A DNA stretch of 64,000 nucleotides from the human T2T-CHM13v2.0 reference genome, Homo sapiens: NCBI RefSeq assembly GCF_009914755.1, contig NC_060934.1. The stretch is one strand, 5' to 3'. Below are positions 24,479 to 62,865 of the stretch, piece by piece (positions within the stretch are counted from its first letter, which is position 1; each line of letters starts with the position of its first letter). The notes below the pieces were generated by a model that saw only the letters and a list, made by a program, of their open reading frames with translations, made no database searches and was not told where the DNA came from. The translations under genes and the position numbers were made by a program.

Positions 24479-25427
24479 TTAACTTATTTTTGTGGGTTAT
24501 GAAGAGAGTGAGAATTGGAGAAGTACAACTGACAATGAAACCTAACAAACCGGACATAAAAGGAAGCCACTTGCCTTCCTCAGGTTAAGCTATAATTTGA
24601 TTCATTTATGAGGCACAGGAAGGACAAGTATTTTCACTTCATCTTTTTGTGCTGAGTAATATTACACAATAATACGTATCAAAAAGCCATTTTTCTGAAA
24701 TGAAATGTATCCTTGAAGCATATCTACAGAATGTAACACAAACAAAACCTTTAACCCAAAACATTCTTCTATATAAATCTAGGAACACACCCAAATGAAT
24801 ATCACCAGTAAAGTTCCCTAGATTCTGCAGAAATGACAAACTATGAACAAAGCAATATATTTTCATGCACTCATAAATTATCAAATGAGCCTCCCCAAAA
24901 ATCAGGGAAGCAAGGTCATATGGAGTGTCTTTTGCTAGTTTGCCCTCTGCTCCCAAACAGGCTAAGTCACTTAATATACAGATGTGGATAAAGATAATTT
25001 TGTACAATGCCATTCTTTAGCCACTAGGTTTCCCAGGTTTGGGGTTTACAAGATCTATAAAACCACAGGGCTATGGAATACAAATAAAATCTGACCCTAA
25101 ATAATCTTTTCCTTTACCATTGCTGACATTCCTCAAAACCCTAGATCTTTCCTTTCAAAATAATGAAAATTAGCAGGAGGCTCATCCACAACAGACTTCC
25201 AGGGTCTCACTGTCAATAAAATCGGTGCCATGAAACAATCAGTGTGCTTCAGGGGAAGAGTCTCTAAGTGGAAACATAATACACAAAAGGATGATCAACA
25301 TTAAAATGTTTTCCTAATTGGGGGAAAAAATTCAACAGCTATTTCAAGAGTTAAAAGGCTGCCTTTTATTGAACTGTCATGCTATCTCTCCAACAGGCAA
25401 GCAGTGGAAACATTTTAAGAGCATTAC

Positions 25428-25517
25428 CTTTAGGAGGAAAATAAGACTTGCTTTCAGCTTTGTGAGGCCAGTCTACTACGAGAGGTCCAAACCTGCGAAA
25501 GCTGGCAGTGATCTCAT
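25428..25517 (-). CDS. CPEB3: CPEB3 coding exon, 90 nt (DEITASFRRFGPLVVDWPHKAESKSYFPPK), RRM1
   Basis: Minus strand reads ctttgttttgtag|ATGAGATC...CCTAAAG|gtaatg. The peptide is typical of CPEB2/3/4 RRM1 and lies inside ORF 25366..25587. Confidence 0.96.
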
Positions 25518-26664
25518 CTACAAAACAAAGAAAGAATCTTAGCAAAAGAGAAAAAAATATTGCAATCAGAAAACCAGAAGAGCACAAAACATGTCTTTTT
25601 AGTTTAAAAAAATGTTTTGAGGGTTGTTTTCTATAGCATCTTTACGGAAGTGAAACCTACTAAGTGAAATACCATTGCTTGGGTGTACATTTGGTTATTC
25701 ACTTTTAATCATGCAAAGTGTGTTTCTAACTATAATTCATTTCCTTTCACTGCCAATAAACTTGACATAAAGAATTTGGAAGAAAAGTATCTCATATTAA
25801 ACTAAGGTGACTTCTATGTCAAATAGAAAGATTCTAAAAATAGGAATGTTCTCTGATTTTAGTAAGAAAGTAAGGTACAGAAAATATTTAAAATATGGTT
25901 TCACTTGTAGGAACCTCTAAGATTATTTAAGAAATAGATACGATTCTTTTGGTAAGGAGTAGGGGCAATAAGTAGGTAATTCTATTGGGTGATAAGAAAA
26001 TGTTGATGGCCAATGTTCTCTTTAATAACTACATATTACGTACCCTATATAGAAAATATATCAAAAATTATAGATCAATACATTTATATTTTCCCTCTGA
26101 CATATGACTCAAAGCAGAGGTTATAACCTGGCTCCTACTCAGGTTTAGGGTACCACTCTCTCAGCCATGATCTTAAAAATTGTCTTGAAGATAATCTAAT
26201 CAATAGATGAGATTAACATGAATACAAGAACAATTTGGAGGAAAATAAGCATTCAGCTATGTATAACTTTAATGTAGTTAGTCTAAAATAAAACCACTTT
26301 TTGAGACTTTTCTCCTGTCACCATGAAAAAAGGAAATCATGATAAATTTGAAGTGTGTCATAGCTAGAAAAATGCTAGAAAAACAAGACTGTTAGAATAT
26401 CAGACAGTATTTTTATATCAGACCCAAAGCCTACTGGAACTAGAGTTGTTTTTTGCTTAAGTTAACTTTGTCACAATTTTATTTCATTCATCCTTTCAAC
26501 AAATATTTATTGACAACTTACCGTGTGCTAAAATAAACTGGCTTTAGGCATAAGTGAACACTCACTTTTGGACTGATAGCATCTCAAAACTATTATTAAG
26601 AAAAATTCTAATTCATCTTCATTCTTTTAAAGAGGTGGATTATGCTTTTTGTTAATAGGTATTT

Positions 26665-26963
26665 GTTTTTATTTATTTATTTACTTATGAGACAGGGTCT
26701 CACTCTGTCATCCAGGCTGGAGTTCAGTGGTATGATCATAGCTCACTGTAACCTCAAACTCCTGGGCTCAAGTGATCTCCCACCTCAGCCTCCCAAGTAG
26801 CTGGGAGTACAGGCACATACCACCATACCCGGCTAATCTTGTTTTGTAGAGACAGGGTCTTGCTATGTTGCCCAGGCTGGTCTTGAACCCCTGGGCTCAA
26901 GTAATCCTCCCATCTTGGCCTCCCAAAGTACTGGGATTACGGGTGTGAACCACTGCACTGGCC
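26665..26963 (-). repeat. AluJ-like element
   Basis: Alu consensus with a (TTTA)n tail. Confidence 0.88.
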
Positions 26964-27343
26964 AGTATTTATATTAAAATGTGAGATGGTTTGGTGTGAT
27001 GCACATGAGCAGAAGCTCTGGAATCTAATTGAATTTGAGTTGCAACTGCACCATCAGCTATATAACCCTGAACAAATTATTTCTCTCTGATCCTCAGTTT
27101 CCTTATCTATAAAATGGAGATGCTAGGATATCCTTATTAGATAGCTATGAGGATTAAATGAGATAATGTAACATGAAGTACTTAGTACAATAATAGACTA
27201 CCACTTTCTAATCCACCAAATAGTCTCACCTCCTATGCACTAAGATATAGATGTCCTAAAGTTGACTTGGAGAGGAGAGGCAGGGTCAGAACACACAAAT
27301 AACAAACTCAGCCTTTGCAAAATCATTAATGAATGCATAGTAC

Positions 27344-27511
27344 CTTCATCAATATCAGGAGGAAGTCCTCCAACAAACACCTTTCTAGAGTAGCGTTCTA
27401 CTCGTTCCCCATTTTGACAGCGAGTGGGAGAACTTAAGCCAGATGACAAGGCTTGATCACCATGGCTATCATCCAGGAAGGCATCTTCAAAGGGAAAGAG
27501 AGAAGATCGAC
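27344..27511 (-). CDS. CPEB3: CPEB3 coding exon, 168 nt (141 nt from internal acceptor at 27484): GRSSLFPFEDAFLDDSHGDQALSSGLSSPTRCQNGERVERYSRKVFVGGLPPDIDE
   Basis: Minus strand reads ttgtttcag|GTCGATC...GATGAAG|gtacta. KVFVGGLPPDIDE is the start of CPEB RRM1 (RNP2). Overlaps ORF 27240..27449. Confidence 0.96.
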
Positions 27512-27742
27512 CTGAAACAAATGTGGGAGTTTCTATAATTAAAATGATTTTCTAGGACAATAAATGCTCTATTAGAAGCCCGAAGTGCAGAGAGAAGCAT
27601 ACAAAAAAAAAGGTGTCCTGAGCTGTGGCTTTTCCAAGATTAACAGGACTGAATATTACCAGATAACTTTTTATCATCATTTTTGTGTAAGGGTAGGCAC
27701 AGCCTTGGGATGACCAGATTGCTAACTAAAGAAAAAGAATCA

Positions 27743-28084
<342 letters not shown>

Positions 28085-29553
28085 TCACTGCATTTTACTC
28101 ATTCAGTCTCTATCATAGCTACTAGGAGTATATTCAGCAGCTATGTTTTTTTCTTTCTTTAGTCATTTCTTAAAATAAATGGACAAAGTAATCTCTATCC
28201 ACAGATTTTTATCTGCTCTTTATGGTAATCTCAGAGGTTTAGTTCTAAAGAGTGGTCCTGATAGCCAAGGGAATACAAAACTGGTGACAGAGGCTGATAA
28301 CTTCTTTTCTAATAGTGGAACTAAAGATCATCAAGTTTTCCTTGTCATTCCAAGCTACTCTAATTTGGAAATAAACATACGCAATAATAAAGGACAGGGT
28401 AAGTAAATGAAAACACATAACTTAAGATGTGGGAGTATAAATGTGGATGTGGTTATGAAACCCTTAACCCTACTAATCTAGGCTACATTTTATATCACTC
28501 AAAAAATATACGAAAAGAAATGAAAAAAGAATTATTTTCATTAATTCTATAGCCAAATAAAGTTTGTAGAGCAAAAGTATCTACCCAATCCACATGACTA
28601 TAAGAAAGATACCAGCAGTTAGAGTCAGCAGTAAATTTACCAGCAGTAAATATAACACAATAATGTCATTTGGCATTACAAAATAAAATCTAAATTTAAA
28701 ATCAAATATATTTCCTGTTTGAGTCAGTGACTTCCTAGCAAAACTTTCCACTAGGTTCCACTCTAAAAATGAACCATTAGAGTACTCTAACTTTTGGGGG
28801 AAAAAAGGAAAATTCCCCTCTAAAATAAATTAATATACTCTTAAAAAAAAAAAAGAGCAGTGTCTTCCCCATTTAGTCTATACTATCTTTATTTCCCTGA
28901 AACCTAGGTTTTTGTGTCACAACAGCCAACTCTAAAACAGAATATAAATAGCCCTTAGAAAAATACTGAACATGTATTTCTTTTACAAAAAAGTTAAAGT
29001 TATTAATATAACTCTGGTTATTTTGTGAACAACCCAGGTAGTGTAAAAAAGACACTGTTTTAATGCTAGGAGTTAAATAAGAAGACCAAATAATTTTTTG
29101 TTCAGTTTTCCCCAGCTTAGCTATAAAGAAACAGAACAAAATCTGTCATCTCATGCCACCCATCTTTTTTAGCCTGGCAGCAACAAACAATAGACAGTAA
29201 ATTCTCATCCCTTGATGTTTGTTTTGATCACTGGGGGTGAAAGAAATAGATTTGCAGCAACTATAGGCAAAAAGAGCTTTCCAAAGACATCCAGTGACGT
29301 TCTCCTAGAGCTGACAGGTTTGCTTTATTCCATAGCCCACACTCAGTGAATTACATGCCTACTCAGTGTCAGGCACATGCGCAAATCAGCATTTCCCAGT
29401 GAGTGTTCCCAAACCCACCTCTTACCTTCAACACTAGTAACATTAGATACTCAGAAAACGAGAGCTGGGGAAGGGGAAATGAAATAATCTGGGAAAATAA
29501 TGCGTACGTTATGCTTTTCCACCTCAGAAAATAAAAGGCTACGAAAAGTTCTA

Positions 29554-37673
<8,120 letters not shown>

Positions 37674-40448
37674 CTATCCTTAATCATAGGTAGAGGGAAG
37701 TAACATACATCAGCAAGCTTAATTTTTATTCTTTTTGGGCAAGTCTAAATGTTAATTAGAGGAAAGGGATCAAACATTAATTTAATCCCTGTTCACATGA
37801 AAAAATAAGCATGAGGAAGTCTGCCAATTCATCAGAAGTATACTATGCAGAGTTGGCTCAAATGAATACATCTCAGAGAATAAGTGTTCTAGATATGCGA
37901 TCTAGACATGCTTCATCCCATATGGTTATATCATTACATTTAAGGAAGATGACTTCTTTTTCAGCTTTGGAAATGAAAGACTTATTGAAAGCATGGACAA
38001 AACATTTTCTGTCCGTTCTTTTTTCATTACAGAAAGGCAACATTCAGTCTTTTAGCATTTGCACTTCTCTCTGTCTCTCTTCCTCTCTCTCTCATCATTC
38101 TCTTCTTCATTTACACCTATCAAACTGCAGACCAAGAGCAGGGACCAAGTCATTCTAGGAAATATTTAGTGTAGCACCTCATACAAAGAAGATCGTGACT
38201 TTTGAGAACAATAAAATCAACCTCACAAATAGATATGGAGAAAGTAAAATGAAAAAAGGATGAGTATTTTTTTCAGAAGCTTAGAAACTATAGGCGACTT
38301 TATATTCTTGATGTATAGTATTAATATGCTATTATTTATAAAAATAAGATAATTTTTAAAAATATGATGGCAAACTCTGCTCTGCATAAATGTAGGGTGT
38401 TATTTCAAAATAATCCTTATCAATAAGCACTTAATAAGGGCTAACGCTACGTAGGGCCCAGTGTTAGGCACTAGAGACAACTATCCTCAAAGAACTTATC
38501 CCAGATGAAGAATCAGGGCATACAGAAAAGGCAGGAAGAATGCAAGACAGCAGAATCAGAGGAAAACACTGTCTGCAAGGCCACTGGAGAAGGCTTCCTG
38601 GAAAGGGTAAGGTTTGAACTAGTAAAATAAGGATAGTTCTTAGATACATAGATGAGAGGAAGGGTGACCTGTATGGCCAGAGAGTGGGAAAGCAAATAGA
38701 TTGGTCAGGGGAAGATGAAGTGGGAAAAATGAAGATAATGATGTTGGTGAAAGAGGCAGAAGCCAGATCATGGGGACCCTGAATTGAGAATGGGGATGAC
38801 ACAAAGCGGTGTTTCAGAAAGATGAAGTTGTAGAAATGGAACAGGAGAAATAAAAATAGCAGAAATGAGAAGGACAAGGCCTGAGAAAACTAGAGGGAAA
38901 ATCTTGACAAGATCTGGTGACTGATTAGTACGTGAGAAGAGGAAAAGCCAGGCCCTGCTGTCTATTCTCCAGATGGTGTCTATTTTCTACATAAAACAGT
39001 CCATTTCCTTTTCTTTCCTGACAGTGATCATTTTTCTAGCAACATGAAACAAGTATGGTACAAAATATGTCTTAATAACATTATTTATAGGCTTTAACTT
39101 TTTTAAATTTAAAAATAAGGCAATAAAATTTAATGATATTTATTTCCAAGGATAGAAAATAATCATTTACACAAACGTTTTTACACATGATGATGATGAA
39201 AAGCAAAAGGACTGTATGATCCACTGTACATATATATTAGCTTCTGCCAGTAGTCACTCATTCAACAAATATTTGCTGTGAAATAAATGATAAAAGTATT
39301 GTTTGGGTAAGCATAGGCAGAAAATATTTTTAATATTTTTTAAAACATAATAAAATACTACGAATTTAGCATCATTATCTTCTCTTCATGACTCAACTAC
39401 AAAGTCAGAGACAGCCTGATGAATGGTAAACATTAGCAAATAAAGAGCCAAAAGACACAGATTGTGATCTTGACTCTGGCTTTAACTTGGTCACACAGCA
39501 AGTAAATTACGACTCCTCCTTCAGCTTCTGCAAATGAGCACCAAAGTAACTTATATTTGTGGAATACTTTTAATTTACATGGATAGCTTTTCACTTCCCT
39601 GTTTTTTTAACTAGAACTTTACTAATACTCTGAAGTAGGACAAGACTGGTTTTATTACCTCATAATTTACAGATGAGCATACCAAATCTAAATGATAAGT
39701 CAGTGATTACAACCTACGTGTCTGACCCTAAGTCCCATATGCTTTCTACGACATCCGGCTTCTCCTAGCTACTTCGTAAAATTATTTGAAAAAACTACAG
39801 ATATGGGAAATGCTTTAGAACAGTTACAGCATTACACAAATGAAAGTTGTATTATTTTGTTTGGGTGTGACCAGGAGAGAATGCAAGTTTTATGGGGACT
39901 AAAGCCTATTTTGGGGACCCTCTTTAAGCAAAAGAACACAAAAATTACGTAGACTTTGGAAGGGGTCCAAGCAAGTGAGAGGCTCTGAAACTTAAGCTTC
40001 ATTTACTTCCGGGGTAAATCTGACTCTGAATATAACAGAAAAAAATCACCAGCCAACCTAATAAGATCAAGAATTGCCCTCCAAAACCCAAGTTCTGCCT
40101 TCTAAGTTGTATGAAAAGAACACAATGAATACAGGGCAGAAAAATATATATGTTTGGCCTTTATTTCCTCATGTTTATTCACAATAAACCATATAACAAA
40201 AAACTTTAAGGAGAAATAGTCTTTGCTATATCTTTTTTATAATTAAAAGAACAAATTACCAACAACAAAAAAATAATTTTAATGAAAGTGATAAATTATT
40301 TTGCTAAAATAATTAAGATAGAACATCACACCATATGATAATTATTGTTTTACACACACACAGGTATAAATACACACACACATAAACACACTCATATTTA
40401 CTCACAATTTGGCAAGCAAAAGATCTCATTTAAAAAAAAAAAATTTAC

Positions 40449-40472
40449 CTCGTCTCCGCCCATAGCTCCTGG
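40449..40472 (-). CDS. CPEB3: CPEB3 24-nt alternative microexon (T)RSYGRRR
   Basis: Minus strand reads ttcttctatgtttacatgcag|CCAGGAGCTATGGGCGGAGACGAG|gtaaat. It is frame-preserving and paralogous to the CPEB2/CPEB4 8-aa exon. Confidence 0.92.
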
Positions 40473-41294
40473 CTGCATGTAAACATAGAAGAAAACCATG
40501 GGTATTTGTATCAAAATGGTGAATTTAGAAATGAAAAAAAAATTCACACAAAGCTTTTCTATGTATTCTTGGAACTATTCAATTGATATGAAGATACTGT
40601 TCAACTTGACTGCAGACACTATATTTTTTTAAAAAACCTTTATGAAGTACAGGCTAAATCACAATCTTAAAAAGAAATTTAACTGGATGTGGCAGCCACT
40701 GGAACAGATACAATGGATGTTTCAGAAGTCTTATGAGGGTTTATATTGGAGCCTATTATCTATATCAGACATAGAGTACTTTAAAAAACTGATTTATAAA
40801 TCTTCATTTGTACTTTATCTTACCACCAGATAAGAAAAAATTATTCATTCTAAATAACTAAAAACTGTACCATGCGGTGGTCACTCTGAATTTCTTACTA
40901 TACACACATTGCCCCCAAACACACACACACTCTCTCTCTTCATAGATTCCCCTGAAAAATGTATAGAAATTTTATATACAACTAGCTGTTACTTTACAGA
41001 ATGTGTTTCTGCACAATTTTCAGTAAAGCTTCTCTTACTCTCTCCATTTACTTTCCACTCAGTATTACAGATGGGGGAATGTAATATCTTTTTGATCTAT
41101 AAAATGAACTGCAAAAGTAAAATGAGACTAAGGCACTGGGTCCACCTCAGGCCATGCTTAATAATACAGTGCTTTAAAGGTTTTCTTCCTCTTTAAAACT
41201 CCAGCCCTATAGAATGTATTGTTACATTGTTTAATAGAGCTAGACTGTGGTATCATGTATCACTAAAAGATCCTGTCAAGCGGAATGATTTTCA

Positions 41295-45877
<4,583 letters not shown>

Positions 45878-47358
45878 TTATTTTTTGAATCACCATTTCA
45901 GTAGGCATCATAAAATTATTCAAACATCTAATGTTCCCTTTCAGCTTCCCTTGGAGTATTAGTCATAGAAAAAATTTCACTTAAGATGGGTTAAGACCTT
46001 AAAGTTTGAATCAAAATGTCCCCCTTTCCCTCATTAGACTATAAATTCTTAAACAGCAGGAGTGCTGGGGTTTGTCTTTAAATGCTCCTCCTATATCTTT
46101 GACTTATAATGGCAGATAAGATACTTTTAACCCAATGTTTGATGTTTGATAGCATTTCTCAAACTAGGCAAGTTATAATTGAAAAGATCAATTTCTCCAT
46201 GAACAATATGAAAGTAGCAGGTAAAAAAGATGCTTGAAGGGGAAGGATATATATTCATCTGCTACATTCACATTAAGTATTTGTTTTTATTTTTGTTTTT
46301 GTTTTGTATACATTAAGCATTTGGATGTCTTAAAACTCCTTCCTTCCCTTCTCTTTTACTCTTACACATTCTTCTCAGAAAAATCTTCTTTCCATTGTAT
46401 TTGCAAACCTAAAAAGTAATACTAATGACTGATAAGCAAAATACTAGCATTACTGGGATATTTTATAAAGGAGAATGACGATCATAAAGTAAAATAATAA
46501 CCTACTGATAATTTATCATGTTCCAGGCATATGCTAAGTACTTGTACGTCTTCTAATCCCCAAGGCAGCTATCATTATACACATTTCCAGATGGGCAAAC
46601 CAAGGTCCAGAGAAGATGACTGGCCCAAAGTTATACAGCTACTAAGCAGCAGAGCTGGGACTGAATCCAGGTTTAGTCTGGCTCTAAAGCACCTACTTTA
46701 ACTCAAGGTATTATTTACAGTCAATAAAATTTATCCACTTTAAGTATACGATCTGATTAATTTTGATAATTATATATAAACATATAACCACCACCATTCT
46801 AATCAAGATATGACAGTTCAACACCTTTGAAAATTTCTTTGTGTGCTTTTGCAGTTGATCCCCTCCCCTAACTCATGGTTCCTGGCAAGCATTAATCTCC
46901 CTTCTCGCCATAGTTTTGTTTGCCTTTTCTATGATTTCATATTAATGAAACCAATATGTTTGACTTCCTTCACTTAGCATGTTTTTGAGATTAATTCATG
47001 TTGTTACATGTATAAGTATTTTGTTTATTTTTATTGCTGAGTAGTATTTCATAGTATGGACAAACTACAATTTATCCATTCACCAGTCGGTAAACATTTG
47101 AAAAACCCTTACTCTTAACCACTAAGTTTGAAGAATCAGTATTTCAAATCTATAAAGACCTTGAAAGTACCCAGAAATTCTCTTCAGAATTTTCACAGCC
47201 TCCATTATCCTGTTTTTCAGCAGCACAATCCAAAATTTAAGAAAATAAACTTCTCACCCCAATTTTCTTTTTTAAATTTTATTTCATTATTACTAACACA
47301 ACATTATTGTTTTCTACTAATTATTACACTTAGAACTGTTAGATTATGAATTAAAATA

Positions 47359-50552
<3,194 letters not shown>

Positions 50553-50870
50553 TAGGTACTTTTGTGGATTGGTCAGAAAATTTAGTTGTTATTAGAAACA
50601 TAAGAAAATATATCCTGTATTCTCACCAACTGAACTTTTGCAACATTCTGTTTCACTGCTTTCAATATCTTACAGAGAAACCTACAGGTATTTTAAGCAA
50701 AACAGGATTTATTTCTGGAGCTAATAGAAAAGTGTTTTTACCTGGTTCTGCTAGAATACCTTAATAAAGATATTATGAGATAAAAAGTATGAGATAAAAG
50801 AATAAAGAGGCTTGCTTCAAGTCTCTCAGCCTATTCTAGTGTGTTTTTTTCAAACTTCTTTCTAAATAGC

Positions 50871-51879
<1,009 letters not shown>

Positions 51880-53009
51880 GTAGCAGAGCCTTCTCTCCCC
51901 CAGTAAAGACAATGTATTAAAGCAAGGCTGTTCAAGTTCAAGCATGGCAAGGACCCATGGCCCCAAATGTTGGGTATCCTTCTCCCACAGTGGCACTTAA
52001 AGTACCTTCTTGGATGTTGGCATTCCATAGAACACAACTAGAAAACCAAAGATCTGTATATTCCATGGTAGGACCATTCTTATTGTTACAAAGTTCTTTT
52101 TTACACTCTCCTGTTGTTCTTACCCACAGACCCCAGCCTAATCCCACTTTTACTGGGGGGCCATTACTTTAGCACCTTTTGGTTTTATCTTTTTTATTCA
52201 CTCTTTTTAGTCAATTCAATATTCTTCGTAAGAAATCATTTTCCATATTCCATATCAGACTGAATATTCTCCTTTGGATAAACCTAATTTCCACTAAGAC
52301 AATACTAGTCTGTCTAAGCTTCTCATGAAGCATCCAAAGCCCTTCATTATTTGGCCCCAACCATCTTTCAGATCCTCATTCTCACTATTCCATATAACAG
52401 ACCCATACATTCCAGTAATCCCAATTCAACCTACTCTTCCAGTATTATCATTACAAGTAAGCACCTATTCAGAGAGAATAAAAATCTTGATACCTGCATG
52501 CCTTGACATCTAGTCTCTTCTACTCCCTAGGAAACCCCTAGTCCACATTGTCCATTTCCTCTATTATTCTTCTTCCTGTCTTGTACAAAATGCAAGCTCA
52601 AGGATTTGCTATACCACATTTCAGTGTCCCCACATACTTAGTATTAATTTACTTTCTAAATTACATTTAACATATAAGATACTAATACAACTTCTCAATA
52701 TATAACATGTTATCAAAGTAATCACTCTAGAATTTCCAAGTTCATTTCCTAAATTCCTCATCAAAACAGAAAAAGATAATTAAAAATGTATATATCAGGC
52801 AAGACATCTCTGGAAACAAACCTCGGTAAAGAATTCCTCTGCATAATACTGCTATACCTTACTGGAGAGAGTGGGCATCCACACCCACTTACATCAGGTG
52901 ATGTTTATGCACCCTCATACTCGTGACCTGACAGCATTCCACTAAGAATAATTAATAACCACCTTGCTTTTATTTCAGTAGCACATTGCTAAATGAAACA
53001 ATAACTGAT

Positions 53010-53133
53010 GAAAGAAAGAGAAAAGAAGGAAGGAAAAAAAGAGAAAGATGGAGAATGAAAGGAAGGAAGGGAGGGAGGGAGAGAGGAAGAAAGAGAGGGT
53101 GGGAAGGAGGAAGAGAGAGAAAGAAAGAAGAAA
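53010..53133 (+). repeat. GA-rich polypurine tract (GGAA/GGGA)
   Basis: About 120 bp of almost pure purine. Confidence 0.85.
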
Positions 53134-53942
53134 GTTCTAAGAATTGTAATCACATAACAGAGTATTTTGTATTTTATACTGATCAATCTGTCCAATTCAG
53201 GTCTGAAATTGCTTACTACAGTGGTATACACTCAAATATCTGGCATCTGTTTTCAACAAACCATCTTCTTTGAACCACCACTATGCCAAAAATCTCATGA
53301 GATTTCTACAACTGTATATAAAGACTCAATTCCTACACTGTTCAGGACAGCCAATACTTGCTAGTTCTACATTTCTGAACTCCCAAATAACATAAGGAAT
53401 AATACAGAAAGAAGAGAAGGTAAACAAAATGGGTGCTGGTGTGTTCAGGAGCCTAAGCTGAACCAAAGGCTGGGCCCGTTGGTCAGTGTTGTCTTCTCTC
53501 TATCAACAAGGCTCCTCTCATGTGGGAAGGAGAGTTCCTTCACAGAAGAAAGTTATGACAAGGAATTGACCTGGACATTTCGGAAGGGCTGCAGTAGCAT
53601 GGAGAAGCTGCTCATTCATATCAGCCCTGCCCTGATCCTTCAAAAACACCTTCCTCTTCTGATCTGGACTTGGGAAAACTTCAGGGAACAATAAAAGCAG
53701 ACCAAGTCTTGAGGGAAAAGAAAGAACACTACGATATGCACAGCATAGTCCCGATACTACTTGATTCGTTCATCCTCAAATAAAGATAGACACACATCTA
53801 ATTTTGGTCCTTTCCGTATCCCTTGCCCACCCTCCACCCCCAACCAGATTTCACCCTACGCCAATGAAATTACAGTCTCTCAGACATGGGTGTTTTCTAT
53901 TTTGGCTCCTGTTTTGATTGTATAACTAGAGTTGAGAATTAG

Positions 53943-61090
<7,148 letters not shown>

Positions 61091-62865
61091 TACATACATA
61101 TTTTAAAAAAGAAGACAAAAATAATAGATAGGTGTGTGTTTGTGCATATGCTACATATGTAAGTCACCAGATGGGCTGGGATCAACTGTACAAAAAGGAA
61201 AACAAGGTTTATCCCAGCAAATTTGTCGAAGCTGGCAGGTCCCACAAGTACCTACTATGGAGGATATTTTTGTTCTGATCATCTCAAGCTGGAGTCAACT
61301 TTGAAAGAAAACTGATGGTAGGTAATGTAAACATCAAACTCTGGTTGTTCGTATGGTTTATTTTAAGGAGACAACAAGGTTCTTTGACTTTGGGCAGCAA
61401 CCACAGAGACATTCAAAGATTGATGCACTCTGATATCTGTTGCAACTATGTGTAACTCATCAACATTTGTTATAGGTATCAGCAAAATGGCCGTTTTGGT
61501 ACTTTAAAAAAATTACAGAATAACAGTATCTTCATGCTGAAAACAATCATTAAGATTACCTAATCACCCCCCTTCTCTCAAGGATTGGAGAAATTGAAGC
61601 TAAACAGGGGATTACACAACATGAACAAAATGGAAAGAGCATAAATGAAATCTTGGATTTAAAAGCAGAGAATTAAAGAAAATCAAACCAAAGAGAATAA
61701 AAAGTTTTTAAAAAGAAAAATGTCTTTTAGCTCCATTTTTTTCCCACAAAAAATCACAAACTATATCCTCTCCCTCTTGCAGAAGAGGATTCACATCATG
61801 TCAACTAGGTCTTTTCTGAGATACACACTCATTCCTTCAGGCAGACACACTACCATACTGTTCTTTTCTTTTACATTCAACTTTAAATCCCATAATCTAA
61901 CTGAAGTCTTTTCACAATTAATTATTGCTCAAGTTCAGCAAGTTAAGCATGTTTATTAATTCCCATCGACTAGAAAAAAAGTTAGAGGCAGCATAATCTA
62001 AATTTAAAGTGACCTTTCATTTAGAAGTTAGAAAATTAGAGGTAGATACTTTGGAATTCTTATTGTCTCTAAGACCATCTCCCTAACCCTGCCAAAAGGC
62101 AGGGATACTAGCAATCTAGAAAAAAATATGCATGGAGAGGCTTAGGACCTGCATCATCAAGCACTGCCAGTGGTTCTCAGCAGTACTCATTGGTTGCATG
62201 TCAGACCAAGGAGATGTGAAATATATATTTTAGAGATAACCTAAAATCTGTTCTAAAGAACTCCAATGACATTCAACATACCTACTCAAGCAAGAGGGAA
62301 AGAAATAATATTGTACACAACCCTAGATTTATCCAGTATGTCTCCCATGTGTATTGAGAGTCAGCTTGTATATCTGGGAAGATGAGAGGGGACAATCTGA
62401 TATCACTCATTTACTAGAGGAGAAAACTTAAAGTCTAAAAGATTCAATGGCTTATACAGGTCCTTCTGAAAATGAACAATTTCCATTTAGAGACTGTTCT
62501 TCTGCAAAGGTATCTGATCCATTGACACTAGGAAGGAGAGCTGATGCCACCCAGATTATTTCTTCTGGTGTTAATTAATATAATGACTTTCCAGTTAGTA
62601 AGTTTTTGCTGCTTTAGAACTTGATCAAACAATTATACTGACAAAACTGTTTCAAACCTATAAAGCTGCTGACATATATACCATGCAAATTCCATTAATG
62701 GGAGACCCCTGGATGTCCAGCTTGAAATACCTGGCTATCTACCACCATGAAAAAATTCTGAGTTATGTATAAATAAGTTGATTTATTCATTCACATTATA
62801 TTCTCTACCCCACTTCCTCTCTCCCTTCACCTACCTCCTTCATTCCTCCAACCCAATGGTATACA

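Noticed and set aside
40474-40479. TGCATG (RBFOX motif) beside the microexon
   Set aside because: It is on the plus strand. The transcript reads CATGCA(G), which is the acceptor itself.
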